NCBI GenBank assembly: GCA_964448725.1
Contig: CAYVAJ010000002.1
Location: forward strand, 66,587-130,586
DNA: 64,000 nt
Direction: 5' to 3'
Origin: an uncultured Gammaproteobacteria bacterium
GTDB taxonomy: Bacteria > Patescibacteriota > Microgenomatia > Levybacterales > GWA1-39-11
Numbering within the stretch: position 1 is the first letter of the stretch; each line of letters starts with the position of its first letter. Under the pieces are notes generated by a model. The model saw nothing but the letters and a program-made list of their open reading frames with translations, made no database searches and was not told the origin of the DNA. Both the position numbers and the translations under genes were made by a program. Shown piece after piece: positions 48,105 through 58,670 of the stretch.

Positions 48105-49082
48105 ATGTCAAAAGAGACGCAGCAAGCATTCATATTCCCCGGACAAGGAAGCCAAAAAGTTGGTATGGGGGAAGGTCTCCTCAAACATCCGTATCCTGAT
48201 CTTGCGCAAATTGCTCAGCGAACATATGAAGAAGCACAGGATGTATTAGAGATGGATTTTGCAGAAATCTGCCAAAACGATCCAGAAAATCAACTTGACT
48301 CCACACGTATAACTCAGCCAGCTCTTCTCGTAACAAGTATTGCAGCATTTCGTATGCTTAATCATCTTGACTATAAACCAGATGTAGTTGCTGGTCATAG
48401 TATGGGTGAGTACTCAGCAGTAGTTGCTGCAGAGGCATTGAGTTTTGAGCAAGCATTACGACTAGTGAAAGCACGGGGAGAATTTATGGAAGAGGCAGGA
48501 GAGATAAATCCTGGTAAAATGGCAGCTATTCTTAGATTACCAGTTGAACAAGTGGCACAGATATGTGAAGAGTCAGGGGCGCAATTAGCGAATATAAATT
48601 CTGAGCAGCAAATTGTTATTTCTGGAAGTAATGAAACAGTAACCTATGCAAGTAGATTAGCTGCAGATAAAAAAGGAAAAGTAATTGGATTGAATGTAAG
48701 CATAGCCGCACACTCAAGCCTCATGGAGCCAGCACAACAACAGATGGAGATGTTGCTCTCAACACTTGATGTTGCTGATCCTACAGTTCCATTTGTTGCA
48801 AATGTGCATGGAAATTATATGCATACCGCAGATGAAGTACGGCGAGGATTGGTTAATCAGATGACCGGAAGCGTATTGTGGCTTGATAGTGTAAAACGTA
48901 TGATAGGTGATGGAGTCGGGTCTTTTATAGAAGTAGGTCCTGGAGAAGTACTTTCTAACATAATAAAACGAATTGATAAAACAGTCGACACACAAAATTC
49001 AGATACTATTTTGTCAAAAATAGTACCAGGAAAATCAGAAGAAGTGATCCTTATTGAAAACACCTCAGCTGATAATAGGTAA
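48105..49082 (+). CDS. fabD: malonyl CoA-ACP transacylase
   Basis: FIFPGQGSQ ... GHSMGEYSA active-site Ser; the track ORF begins at TTG 48096 and the first ATG is at 48105. Confidence 0.9.
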   Translation: MSKETQQAFIFPGQGSQKVGMGEGLLKHPYPDLAQIAQRTYEEAQDVLEMDFAEICQNDPENQLDSTRITQPALLVTSIAAFRMLNHLDYKPDVVAGHSMGEYSAVVAAEALSFEQALRLVKARGEFMEEAGEINPGKMAAILRLPVEQVAQICEESGAQLANINSEQQIVISGSNETVTYASRLAADKKGKVIGLNVSIAAHSSLMEPAQQQMEMLLSTLDVADPTVPFVANVHGNYMHTADEVRRGLVNQMTGSVLWLDSVKRMIGDGVGSFIEVGPGEVLSNIIKRIDKTVDTQNSDTILSKIVPGKSEEVILIENTSADNR

Positions 49083-49131
49083 TTTGCTGGATTTTTATCT
49101 CATCACTAATTTTGTATAATAAACCGAGTAT

Positions 49132-49884
49132 ATGCGAAAAAAGTTCCTCTCCGTTATTATCCCATCATATAATGAAATGGCAAACTTGCAAAAAGGTACC
49201 CTTGATAAGGTGCAGCGATACCTTGATTCACAGTCCTATGGATATGAAGTTATTGTGGTAGATGATGGTTCAAATGATGGGAGTAAAGAATTTGTCAAAA
49301 AGTTCGTGAAGGACAATACAAAATTTCGTCTGATTGAAAATCACCATACTGGTAAAGCAGGTGCTGTTACTGCAGGAATGTTGTCCGCAGATGGTGAGTA
49401 TGTATTATTTACTGATATGGATCAGGCAACTCCAATCGAGGAAATTGAAAAAATGATTCCGTTTCTAAAAAAAGGATTTGATGTAGTGATCGGGTCACGA
49501 AAAGAACGCAAGGGAGCTCCCTTTTCCCGCAAAATTATGTCTCAAAGCGCAATATTACTGCGTAAAACAATAGTAGGACTATCTGAGATACAAGATACTC
49601 AGTGTGGTTTTAAGGTATTTAGTCATGCTGCAGCACAGGATATTTTTAAAAAGATTAAAAAAATTCATGACGGATTTAAAGAAATCAAAGGTTCAGCAGT
49701 TACCTCAGGTTTTGATGTAGAAGTGCTCTATCTCGCTCAACAGGCTAATTACTCAATAAAAGAAGTGCCTGTTCGCTGGCTATATGTAGAGACTCGACGG
49801 GTTAATCCAATTAACGACTCAATCAACGGAGTAAAAGACCTGTTTAAAATTAGATACAATATTAGTAAAGGAATATATAAATAA
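49132..49884 (+). CDS. family 2 glycosyltransferase (Dpm1/polyprenyl-phosphate sugar synthase-like)
   Basis: SVIIPSYNE ... VIVVDDGSNDGS ... DMDQ. Confidence 0.8.
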   Translation: MRKKFLSVIIPSYNEMANLQKGTLDKVQRYLDSQSYGYEVIVVDDGSNDGSKEFVKKFVKDNTKFRLIENHHTGKAGAVTAGMLSADGEYVLFTDMDQATPIEEIEKMIPFLKKGFDVVIGSRKERKGAPFSRKIMSQSAILLRKTIVGLSEIQDTQCGFKVFSHAAAQDIFKKIKKIHDGFKEIKGSAVTSGFDVEVLYLAQQANYSIKEVPVRWLYVETRRVNPINDSINGVKDLFKIRYNISKGIYK

Positions 49885-49984
49885 ATAAGGTAAATGTTTA
49901 AAATTAAAAATCAAAATTACTGCAAATTATCAATAAAAAGTAATCAATAATAAATAACTCAACAACTATGAACTTATTCATATT

Positions 49985-51154
49985 ATGATCACCAGACTAT
50001 TGCTTCCCGCATGGATATTTGCCGCTGGACTTCTTGTGCTTTACTCTTTTACTCAAGTAAGTTTGAGTCTTACTCTCACACAGGTTTCTATATGGCAGGA
50101 GATTCAGCAGGCATTTCAGTATATTGGATATTTTAATAGACCATTATCAGTATTTCTGTATGTAGCATTACTTGCATTGCTGTTTTTACTCTATGTTTTG
50201 ACACTGCGAGTTATCAAAGCAAAACAGCTCTCAGTAAAGCACGTTACTAGAATTATTGTGGCAGTAAGTGTGATTGTTTTTGTGTCATATAATGCGTTTT
50301 CATTTGATATTTTTAATTATATATTTGATGCAAAAATAGTTACCGAGTATGGCGATAACCCATATGCTAAGAAAGCCTTAGATTATCCTGGTGATCCCAT
50401 GCTTTCTTTTATGCAGTGGACTCATCGCACGTATCCGTATGGTCCTCTATGGCTTGGGATAACTATTCCCGTATCGTATCTTGGTTTTCAATACTTTCTG
50501 CCAACCTATTATTTATTTAAATTACTTGCAGTTGGAGCATATCTTGGTACTGCATGGGGTATTTATAAAATTGTTTCCTTACATACCAAGAAAAATGCAT
50601 TGTATGCAGCTGCTTTTTTTGCATTGAATCCGCTCATGATAATTGAGTTTCTCGTTTCAGCACACAATGATATTGTGATGCTGTTTTTAGCTGTTCTTGG
50701 AATATATGCACTGCTCAATAAAAAGAAAGTCGTTTCTGCAGTACTGTTAATACTTTCATCAGGAGTAAAATATGCGACAGGGTTCCTTGCTCCAATGATT
50801 CTTTATCTTTTGATACGACCAAGACAATGGGAAAAAGCAGTTGGAATAGGAATAGTTTCTATGATTGCAGCTGTGATTGCTGCATCACTGAAAAGCGGTA
50901 ATTTTCAACCATGGTACTTATCATATATTTTTGTCATTGCATCGTTCATCTCGTTCCGTTCATATATTGCAGTGCCATTAGGATTACTCTCGTTTTTTGC
51001 GTGCTTACATTACGTGCCATATTTATATACTGGCACATGGGATGCGCCAATTCCTTTTCTTTTATCTACTGGTCTGTGGCTTGCAATAGGAGTTTCATTT
51101 ATTGCTTTTATGTATTATTTTTTTCTTCCTATCGTGAAACGAAGTGAGGTATAA
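49985..51154 (+). CDS. polytopic membrane protein, putative GT-C-type glycosyltransferase (DUF2029-like); paralog of 54335-55579
   Basis: 10-plus TM helices; shared motif FNYIFDAKIVTEYGDNPY..KALDYPGDP...WTHRTYPYGPLWL. Confidence 0.5.
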   Translation: MITRLLLPAWIFAAGLLVLYSFTQVSLSLTLTQVSIWQEIQQAFQYIGYFNRPLSVFLYVALLALLFLLYVLTLRVIKAKQLSVKHVTRIIVAVSVIVFVSYNAFSFDIFNYIFDAKIVTEYGDNPYAKKALDYPGDPMLSFMQWTHRTYPYGPLWLGITIPVSYLGFQYFLPTYYLFKLLAVGAYLGTAWGIYKIVSLHTKKNALYAAAFFALNPLMIIEFLVSAHNDIVMLFLAVLGIYALLNKKKVVSAVLLILSSGVKYATGFLAPMILYLLIRPRQWEKAVGIGIVSMIAAVIAASLKSGNFQPWYLSYIFVIASFISFRSYIAVPLGLLSFFACLHYVPYLYTGTWDAPIPFLLSTGLWLAIGVSFIAFMYYFFLPIVKRSEV

Positions 51155-52652
51155 TGTATTCATGCGCTTTGTTAACCATTCATTTTTTGCTGTAGGTGCA
51201 CTTATATTTTTGTATTTTCTCACCCGTCTGGAAAACCTTACTATTTTGCCTATTTTTACTGATGAATCAATCTATATTTATTGGGCAAAAGTTATTGAGT
51301 CAACTCATTCTCAATGGTTTATTTCTTTAACCGATGGCAAACCACCATTACTCGTCTGGACGACTGCATTTTTTCTCACAATTTTACCAGATGCTTGGTA
51401 CTTAATTGCGGGTAGACTGCCTGCAGTGATAGCAGGAGCATTCAGTGTATTTTTTATTTTTAAGTTATCTGAGCTTTTGTTTGCCAACAGAATAGTTGCA
51501 ATCGCTGCAAGCGTTTTGTATATCATTTTTCCGTTTACGCTGATTTATGATCGAATGGCATTATATGATCCATTACTTCAGGCGACTCTTTTATCTTCTA
51601 CTTATTTTGCAATCAAAACTGCAAAAACACTGGAGGTTAAATATGCAGTACTTTGGGGTCTGAGTTTGGGCTTGGCATATTTATCAAAACCAACGGCGTT
51701 ACTATTTGTCGGATTATTGCCTTTAATATATGTATTATTTACTTGGGAAAAATTAAAAAAGCAATGGAAGAGAGTGATAGGGCTTGCTGTATTTGCAGTA
51801 ATAATTGCGGAAGTCATTAATAACCTCCAAAGACTATCAAGTGTTTATTTTATGGCGGGAATGAAAAATGCTCAGTTTCAGCAACCGATCGAGGAGTTGT
51901 TGAAAGATCCATTTGCACTAACATTTAGTAATTTACAAGGATTTTACACTTGGATTTTGGGGTATTATACATTGCCAATTTTGTTACTGGGAATAATAGG
52001 ATTTGCAGTCTTGTTATTTACAAAGTTCAGAATAGGTGTTCTATTGCTCTCACTCTGGTTAATTCCGATTGTAGCACTTGCAACTATTGGCCGAGAAATA
52101 TTTCCGAGATATATTTTATTTACAGCTCCTTATTTTCTCATTTCTCTTGCATATCTATTTTCAAAAGCAATTTCTTATGCAAAGAAGAAATGGTGGATTG
52201 TCGGTATAACTACTTTACTATTGATTATTCCGCTAGTGAGAACCGACTACTTTATTCTTACTGCACCTGAAAAAGCTAACTTACCCAAAACAGATTATGA
52301 TCAGCTCGTAGCAACACACCCTTCTGGATATGGTTTGAATGAGATATATGAGTTTCTGAATAAAGAACTTGATAATGGTCAGAATATAACGCTTGTTACA
52401 CAGGGAACATTTGGACTATATCCGTATGCTTTCGATCTTGAATACTGGGATAATCCAAGTATTAATATTCTTCCTAGATGGCCACTCGATACAATTGATG
52501 AGGAAATACAACAGGCAAGAGAGAATACTGACGTAATTATTTTATTAAAGGAACATGAATCAATTCCTCAGACATTACCGTTAAATTTGGTCAAGAAAGT
52601 AGAGAAGCCTGGAGGAGCCTATCCAATTCTTATAACAGAACTAGAACAATAA
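51144..52652 (+). CDS. GT-C fold glycosyltransferase (ArnT/PMT family 39/83-like)
   Basis: TDESIYIYWAK loop (DE motif) after TM1; polytopic N-terminal half; large C-terminal soluble domain. Confidence 0.6.
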   Translation: MRYNVFMRFVNHSFFAVGALIFLYFLTRLENLTILPIFTDESIYIYWAKVIESTHSQWFISLTDGKPPLLVWTTAFFLTILPDAWYLIAGRLPAVIAGAFSVFFIFKLSELLFANRIVAIAASVLYIIFPFTLIYDRMALYDPLLQATLLSSTYFAIKTAKTLEVKYAVLWGLSLGLAYLSKPTALLFVGLLPLIYVLFTWEKLKKQWKRVIGLAVFAVIIAEVINNLQRLSSVYFMAGMKNAQFQQPIEELLKDPFALTFSNLQGFYTWILGYYTLPILLLGIIGFAVLLFTKFRIGVLLLSLWLIPIVALATIGREIFPRYILFTAPYFLISLAYLFSKAISYAKKKWWIVGITTLLLIIPLVRTDYFILTAPEKANLPKTDYDQLVATHPSGYGLNEIYEFLNKELDNGQNITLVTQGTFGLYPYAFDLEYWDNPSINILPRWPLDTIDEEIQQARENTDVIILLKEHESIPQTLPLNLVKKVEKPGGAYPILITELEQ

Positions 52653-52653
52653 T

Positions 52654-54351
52654 ATGAGATCTTTTTTCTTTATTTGCAGTCTTTTACTGCTTACTGTTTT
52701 TTCTTTACTCCCTTTTTTACAGCCTGGATTTTTTTCAATGCACGATGACACGCAGGTCGCTCGAGTTCATCAAATGACGCAATCACTACAAGACGGAATG
52801 TTCCCAGTACGCTGGGTACAGGACCTGGGATATGGATACGGATATCCAATTTTTAATTTTTATGCTCCATTTCCCTATTATTTTGGAAGTATGTTTGCGA
52901 TTGTGACAGATGTATTGCTTGCGACAAAAATAGCATTTATTGCAGCAATTGTATTATCAGGGATCGCGATGTATTTATTCATGAGCGCATTTTTTTCTCG
53001 TCTATCAGCGCTTGTTGCAGCAGTCGTATACATCTATTTTCCGTATCATGCGGTGAACATCTATATACGCGGAAATTTAAATGAAGTATTTGCTTATGCT
53101 TTCCTCCCACTCGTACTACTTGGGTTTTTTAAATTGTACTATCTTAAAAAAACAGCACCTATTCAAAACAGAATAAACTGGATTATCCTAACTGCTATAA
53201 GTAGCGCACTTGTGATAACTTCGCATAACCTTACTGCACTTATGCTTGGCCTTATTCTTTTCCTGCTTACATTTATACTCTTGTTCTTTTCTAATCATAA
53301 AAAATATTTTTTAATATCAGTTATAAGCACCGGAGTACTGACGATAGGAGCAAGTGCATTTTATTGGATTCCGGCTCTCCTTGAGATGCAATATACCAAT
53401 GTCTTATCGCAAGTTGGAGGAACAGCTGATTTTCGTGATCATTTTATTTGTGTATCACAATTATGGAATAGCAATTGGGGTTTTGGAGGTTCAGGTCCAG
53501 GGTGTATTGATGGAATGAGCTTCAAACTGGGAAAGATAAATATTGTGGCAGCACTTGGTGCGTTTGTACTATTTATTTTTCTCTTGTTTAAGCAAAAAAA
53601 ACAGAATTTTGTGCTTCTTCAGGTAGTACTGTATGGGTTGCTGATCTTTTCAGTTTTTATGTCTACACAGTACTCAGCAATCATTTGGAATATTATACCT
53701 GGTCTTGAATTTCTACAGTTTCCATGGAGATTTCTTAATTTTGTAGCATTATGTATATCAGCAGTAATTGGATTATTTGTATATTATATTTCAAGTACTC
53801 GCAACAAGTATATTACCAGTATCGTAGCTTTTGTGTTGATAGCAAGTACGTTAGTATTACATGCAAAACTTTTTGTACCGCAAACATACTATAGCAACCA
53901 AGATGAAGCGTATTATTCAAAAAAAGAAAATATTCAGTATAAAGCATCATCATTGACTGATGAGTATTTACCAAAGGGTTTTATAAAGCCTCAGAGTGAA
54001 GATGAGTTACCAAAAAATCGTCTAGAAGTGGTCCAAGGTCAAGCAGAAGTAAATGAGGTTATTTCCCGAACTGGGTACTTTTCAGCATTGATAGATGCAA
54101 GCACAAAGGTACAAATACATCTTAATATTGCTTATTTTCCAGCATGGACGCTCTTTATTAATGGAGAAGAAGCAGAGTATGATACAACTAACAAAGGAAT
54201 TCAGTTTAGTCTTTCTCCAGGGCAGTCAGATATTGCAATGCAATTTATTCAAACACCTATTCAAAAATCAGCTAATGTGATCTCACTGATTACACTCGTA
54301 AGTATTGTTGGTGTTTATATAAGGTTTAAAAATTATGGTAAAAAAGAGTAA
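52654..54351 (+). CDS. YfhO-family membrane glycosyltransferase-like protein
   Basis: N-terminal FFSMHDDTQVARVHQMTQSLQDGMFPVRWVQDLGYGYGYPIFNFYAPFPYY resembles the YfhO signature; polytopic. Confidence 0.55.
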   Translation: MRSFFFICSLLLLTVFSLLPFLQPGFFSMHDDTQVARVHQMTQSLQDGMFPVRWVQDLGYGYGYPIFNFYAPFPYYFGSMFAIVTDVLLATKIAFIAAIVLSGIAMYLFMSAFFSRLSALVAAVVYIYFPYHAVNIYIRGNLNEVFAYAFLPLVLLGFFKLYYLKKTAPIQNRINWIILTAISSALVITSHNLTALMLGLILFLLTFILLFFSNHKKYFLISVISTGVLTIGASAFYWIPALLEMQYTNVLSQVGGTADFRDHFICVSQLWNSNWGFGGSGPGCIDGMSFKLGKINIVAALGAFVLFIFLLFKQKKQNFVLLQVVLYGLLIFSVFMSTQYSAIIWNIIPGLEFLQFPWRFLNFVALCISAVIGLFVYYISSTRNKYITSIVAFVLIASTLVLHAKLFVPQTYYSNQDEAYYSKKENIQYKASSLTDEYLPKGFIKPQSEDELPKNRLEVVQGQAEVNEVISRTGYFSALIDASTKVQIHLNIAYFPAWTLFINGEEAEYDTTNKGIQFSLSPGQSDIAMQFIQTPIQKSANVISLITLVSIVGVYIRFKNYGKKE

Positions 54352-55579
54352 ATCTTTCATATATAGTGTAAAAAATATTCATTTCTGGATGCTGAGTATT
54401 GGGTATGGCGTATTTTGTCTTGCTCTTTTCTTGTACTCATTCTCACAGATGGATCTCAATTTAACCCTCATTAATCATCCACTTTTTCTGAATTTCCAAA
54501 AACCATTTATAACGCTTGGGTATTATTATCGGTTAGAGTCTACGATTATATACACAGTACTCATGCTTGGTCTTTGTGTCCTCTATGGATTAAGCATAAT
54601 TTTTATTACAAAAAAGAAACTGCAAATAAGACAGTTAGTACTGATGGTCGCACTTATTGTGGGTGTGCTCTTTTTTTCATATCCTGCATTTGTATCTCAT
54701 GATATTTTTAACTATATGTTTGATGCGAGAATTGTGACTGAGTATGGACAAAACCCCTACCTCCACAAAGCGCTTGATTATCCCTCTGATCCTTGGATTC
54801 GATTCATGCATTGGACTCATCGCACATATCCCTATGGTCCTGTTTGGCTTGTAGTAACAATTCCGCTTACCTTTATTGGAGGAGGAAAATTTTTAATTAC
54901 GCTGTATCTTTTCAAAGCCTTGGTTATTGGATCGTATATTGCAACTTCTATTTTTATCTATAAAATACTGAAAAAAATATCTCCTTCTCATGCACTTGCC
55001 GGAGCTGCATTTTTTGCACTTAATCCATTAGTGATTATTGAGGGTATTATGTCTGCACATAATGATATGGTAATGATTTTCTTTGCAGTGTTAGCAGTAT
55101 ATTTTTTAACACTCAAAAAAAGAATATATGCATCTCTACTAGCTGGTTTATCTATTGGAGTAAAATTTACCACTATATTTCTTGCTCCTTTTGTCATCAT
55201 TGGCTATAGACCTTTTCTTGCATTTGTTTTTGCGATGCTTACTTTTGCGGGAATAGCATATCAAATTGGTATTCAGCCGTGGTATTTTTTGTGGGTAATG
55301 CCATTTGCTGCACTTGCGTACCAATCTGTTTTAGTAAGAATTATTGTGTTTAGCATGACAGTATCGTTATTACTTCGATATTTGCCGTATCTTTTAAGTG
55401 GTTCCTGGTATCCTTCAGCTGTTCCTTTTCAGTACTGGATCACGGTTGTTGCAGTTATAATAAGTATTGTTTTGTATTCGATCTTCTTAGTACGAGGCAA
55501 GTTCTGGATCAAACTGCGTACTATTACGTGGAATCGTGCAAATATGCTTGATATAATCAGTGCAAGAGATAAAAAATAA
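54335..55579 (+). CDS. polytopic membrane protein, putative GT-C-type glycosyltransferase (paralog of 49985-51154)
   Basis: FNYMFDARIVTEYGQNPY..KALDYPSDPWIRFMHWTHRTYPYGPVWL. Confidence 0.5.
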   Translation: MVKKSKSFIYSVKNIHFWMLSIGYGVFCLALFLYSFSQMDLNLTLINHPLFLNFQKPFITLGYYYRLESTIIYTVLMLGLCVLYGLSIIFITKKKLQIRQLVLMVALIVGVLFFSYPAFVSHDIFNYMFDARIVTEYGQNPYLHKALDYPSDPWIRFMHWTHRTYPYGPVWLVVTIPLTFIGGGKFLITLYLFKALVIGSYIATSIFIYKILKKISPSHALAGAAFFALNPLVIIEGIMSAHNDMVMIFFAVLAVYFLTLKKRIYASLLAGLSIGVKFTTIFLAPFVIIGYRPFLAFVFAMLTFAGIAYQIGIQPWYFLWVMPFAALAYQSVLVRIIVFSMTVSLLLRYLPYLLSGSWYPSAVPFQYWITVVAVIISIVLYSIFLVRGKFWIKLRTITWNRANMLDIISARDKK

Positions 55580-56295
55580 TGAGTACTCTTTCGGAATTAT
55601 CAATTTTTTTTCCATTTTGGAATGAAGAAAAAAATGTAGAACGTGTGGTATCAGATGCGATATCTGTTGCAAAATCTGTTGCTCAAAAATGGGAAATAAT
55701 ATTAATAAATGACGGATCAACAGATAATACACTTACAATTGCAAAAGAATTAGCGCGAAAAAATAAAAATATTCGTGTTATTTCACATACTCCTAACAGA
55801 GGATATGGGGCAGCACTGCGGGAAGGTTTCTCTGCTGCGCAATATAAATATATTGTTTTTGCTGATGGAGATGGACAATTTGATTTTTCTCAGGTCTCAC
55901 AGCTTATTGATGCAATACGGGGAAATGATATGGCAATTGGATATAGAAAAAAGAGACGAGATACAAAAATTGTGATTAGATTGCTGCTCATGTATTTATT
56001 AAAAATTTGGGCTTTTGTCTTATTTAGATTTTATGTAAAAGATATTGATTGTGGTTTTAAGATGTTTAAGAAATCTGCAATTGATCAACTAATGCCACTC
56101 CGATCTGAGGGGGCAATGATAACGACTGAGATTTTAGCAAAAGCAAAAGCACGAAATTTAAAAATTGCACAAGTTGGTGTGGATCATTTTCCTCGGAAAC
56201 ACGGTGAACAGAGTGGAGCAAACATACAAGTGGTAACACGGGCTATATTTGAGAGTTTAATATTATGGTGGGATATAAAAAATAACCGATTTTAA
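55579..56295 (+). CDS. family 2 glycosyltransferase (polyprenyl-phosphate sugar synthase-like)
   Basis: LINDGSTDNT ... NRGYGAALREGF ... DGDGQ. Confidence 0.8.
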   Translation: MSTLSELSIFFPFWNEEKNVERVVSDAISVAKSVAQKWEIILINDGSTDNTLTIAKELARKNKNIRVISHTPNRGYGAALREGFSAAQYKYIVFADGDGQFDFSQVSQLIDAIRGNDMAIGYRKKRRDTKIVIRLLLMYLLKIWAFVLFRFYVKDIDCGFKMFKKSAIDQLMPLRSEGAMITTEILAKAKARNLKIAQVGVDHFPRKHGEQSGANIQVVTRAIFESLILWWDIKNNRF

Positions 56296-56297
56296 AT

Positions 56298-57746
56298 ATG
56301 GAAGAAATTGATATTAAATCAGTTGCGAAAAAATCAATTCATGGAGTTTTCGTATTGATCTCTCGACAAATGCTTCTTAATATTATCTCTTTTGTGGCAT
56401 TTCTTATTGTTACCTCTATTCTTGCTCCGCGTGATATTGGAATTTTTACTGCAGTAATCGCGATTCAGCGAATTATTAGCTTTTTTACTGATTTTGGATT
56501 TGGTGCTGCACTTATTCAAAAGAAAAGTGATTTGACGCAGAAAGATATCTCGACAACATTTACTTTGCAGGCAGGAGTAACACTGTTTATTTTTGTCCTT
56601 GTTTTGCTGTTGCAGGACATAATCGCAGGCATTTTTGGCTTTTCAGATCAGGGTAAGTATCTGCTGCTTGCTCTTGTCTTTTCAATCTTTTTATCATCAT
56701 TTAAGACAATTCCTGCGGTGTTACTGGAAAGAAGTATTAATTTTGGGAAATTAGTAATTCCTCAGATTGCAGAATCAATAGTGTTTAATACTCTCTTGGT
56801 TATTTTGGTAATTCAAGGATTTGGGATTGCAAGCTTCTCATGGGCATTTTTTGTCTCAGCCATTGTCGGAATTCCTTTTTATTATTTTGTGTCTCCATGG
56901 AAAATAAGCTTGGGGATTTACCGAGAGTCATTACAGCATCTAAAGTTTGGTATTCAGTTCCAGGCAAAGAGTATATTAGCAACAATAAAAGATGATCTCC
57001 TTACTGCATTTCTACCCCGATTTATTTCATATGCAGAAATTGGATATATTGGATTTGCACAGAGACTTGCATTTTTTGTATATCGATATGTTGTTGATAG
57101 TTTAACAAAAGTAACGTTTTCTACATACTCTCGTATGCAGGATAATACTGAATTTCTACGCAAAGCAATTGAAAAATCACTCTTTTTTGTAAGTACTACA
57201 ATGTTTCCTCTTCTGATAGGATTAATTATTACAATTCCCTTCATAATTGAATATTTTCCTGGATGGGATAATAAATGGGAACCAGCAGTAATCAGTGTTA
57301 TTTTTTTCTCTTTGAATGCATTGTTATCATCACTGTCGGGAGTACTCATAAATGTATTGGATGCTACGGGAAAAGTAGGTACCACTTTACGCTTGATGGG
57401 CGCGTGGACAATACTTACATGGATTCTAACTCCACTAGCTATTGTTTTATTTGGATATAACGGAGTATCAATTGCATCCTTTGTGATTGCGTTAAGTCTT
57501 ATCTATACCATATATTTGGTTCGAAAGCAGATCGTATTTAGTGTGATCAGGCCAATATTAAAACCAACTGTTGCAGTTGTGATTATGGGAATTATTGCAT
57601 ATGCTGGAGGACAAATCTTTGTCAATAATTTCTTATCACTGATTGTTCTTGTACTCATGTCGGGAATGATATATGGATCAATACTGTATCTTATTGCAAA
57701 AGATGAGATAATGACCGATATACGTAAATTTATTTTGAAGCGATAA
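56298..57746 (+). CDS. oligosaccharide flippase (Wzx/MOP superfamily)
   Basis: about 12 TM helices; polysaccharide-biosynthesis-protein architecture; sits in the glycosyltransferase cluster. Confidence 0.65.
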   Translation: MEEIDIKSVAKKSIHGVFVLISRQMLLNIISFVAFLIVTSILAPRDIGIFTAVIAIQRIISFFTDFGFGAALIQKKSDLTQKDISTTFTLQAGVTLFIFVLVLLLQDIIAGIFGFSDQGKYLLLALVFSIFLSSFKTIPAVLLERSINFGKLVIPQIAESIVFNTLLVILVIQGFGIASFSWAFFVSAIVGIPFYYFVSPWKISLGIYRESLQHLKFGIQFQAKSILATIKDDLLTAFLPRFISYAEIGYIGFAQRLAFFVYRYVVDSLTKVTFSTYSRMQDNTEFLRKAIEKSLFFVSTTMFPLLIGLIITIPFIIEYFPGWDNKWEPAVISVIFFSLNALLSSLSGVLINVLDATGKVGTTLRLMGAWTILTWILTPLAIVLFGYNGVSIASFVIALSLIYTIYLVRKQIVFSVIRPILKPTVAVVIMGIIAYAGGQIFVNNFLSLIVLVLMSGMIYGSILYLIAKDEIMTDIRKFILKR

Positions 57747-57748
57747 GT

Positions 57749-58666
57749 ATGGCAAAAATTTCAGCAGTTATAATAGTCCGAAATGAAGCATCTGTGATAG
57801 ATGAATGTCTTTCATCACTGAGCTGGGTTGATGAAATTGTGGTTGTTGATGATTCTTCAACTGATGATACTGCACAAATTGCAAAAAAGTATACAAAGCA
57901 TGTATATGCTCATAAAAGTGTTGGCTATGTTGAGCCAGTGAGAAATTTTGCGATTGAGAAAGCAAGCAATGAGTGGATATTATTGCTTGATGCTGATGAA
58001 AGAATACCAAAGAGTTTAGCCGAGCACATTACAGCGCTGTTGAATGCTAGTGATCCATCAGATGCGTACTCAATCCCCAGGAAAAATATTATTTTTAATA
58101 AATGGATTCAGCATACTGGGTGGTGGCCTGATCATAACATCAGACTTTTCAGAAAAGGAAAAGTAACCTGGTCAAATATCATCCATAGTAAGCCTGAGGT
58201 ACAGGGAGAGCTAATCGAGCTTGAGCCAAAAGAAGAGTTGGCAATTACTCATTTAAATTACACAACAGTCGCACAATTTTTGGAAAAAATGCTTCGATAT
58301 ACTGATGTTGAGGCACAAGAATATTATCGCAGTAATAAAAAAATTTCCGTGGGTACTTTTATTACACTGCCTGCACAAGAATTTCTACGCAGATTTTTTG
58401 TAGGAAAAGGGTATAAAGATGGAGTTCATGGACTGGTACTAAGTATATTACAGTCAGTATCGGTATTTCTTATGGTAGTAAAAGTATGGGAAAAGCAAGG
58501 ATTTGAGCCAAAAGAGGAGACAAATATTCTAGGTGCTGTACAGAAAGAAGGAAATGGAATGTATAAAGAATTTATGTACTGGTTCGCAAATGAATTACTG
58601 AAAACAGAAAAAAATGCTATCAGAAAAGCAAAACTTAAATTAATACGAAAACGTTCTCAAAAATAA
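57749..58666 (+). CDS. family 2 glycosyltransferase
   Basis: SAVIIVRNEAS ... VVVDDSSTDDT ... LDADE. Confidence 0.8.
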   Translation: MAKISAVIIVRNEASVIDECLSSLSWVDEIVVVDDSSTDDTAQIAKKYTKHVYAHKSVGYVEPVRNFAIEKASNEWILLLDADERIPKSLAEHITALLNASDPSDAYSIPRKNIIFNKWIQHTGWWPDHNIRLFRKGKVTWSNIIHSKPEVQGELIELEPKEELAITHLNYTTVAQFLEKMLRYTDVEAQEYYRSNKKISVGTFITLPAQEFLRRFFVGKGYKDGVHGLVLSILQSVSVFLMVVKVWEKQGFEPKEETNILGAVQKEGNGMYKEFMYWFANELLKTEKNAIRKAKLKLIRKRSQK

Positions 58667-58670
58667 CTGT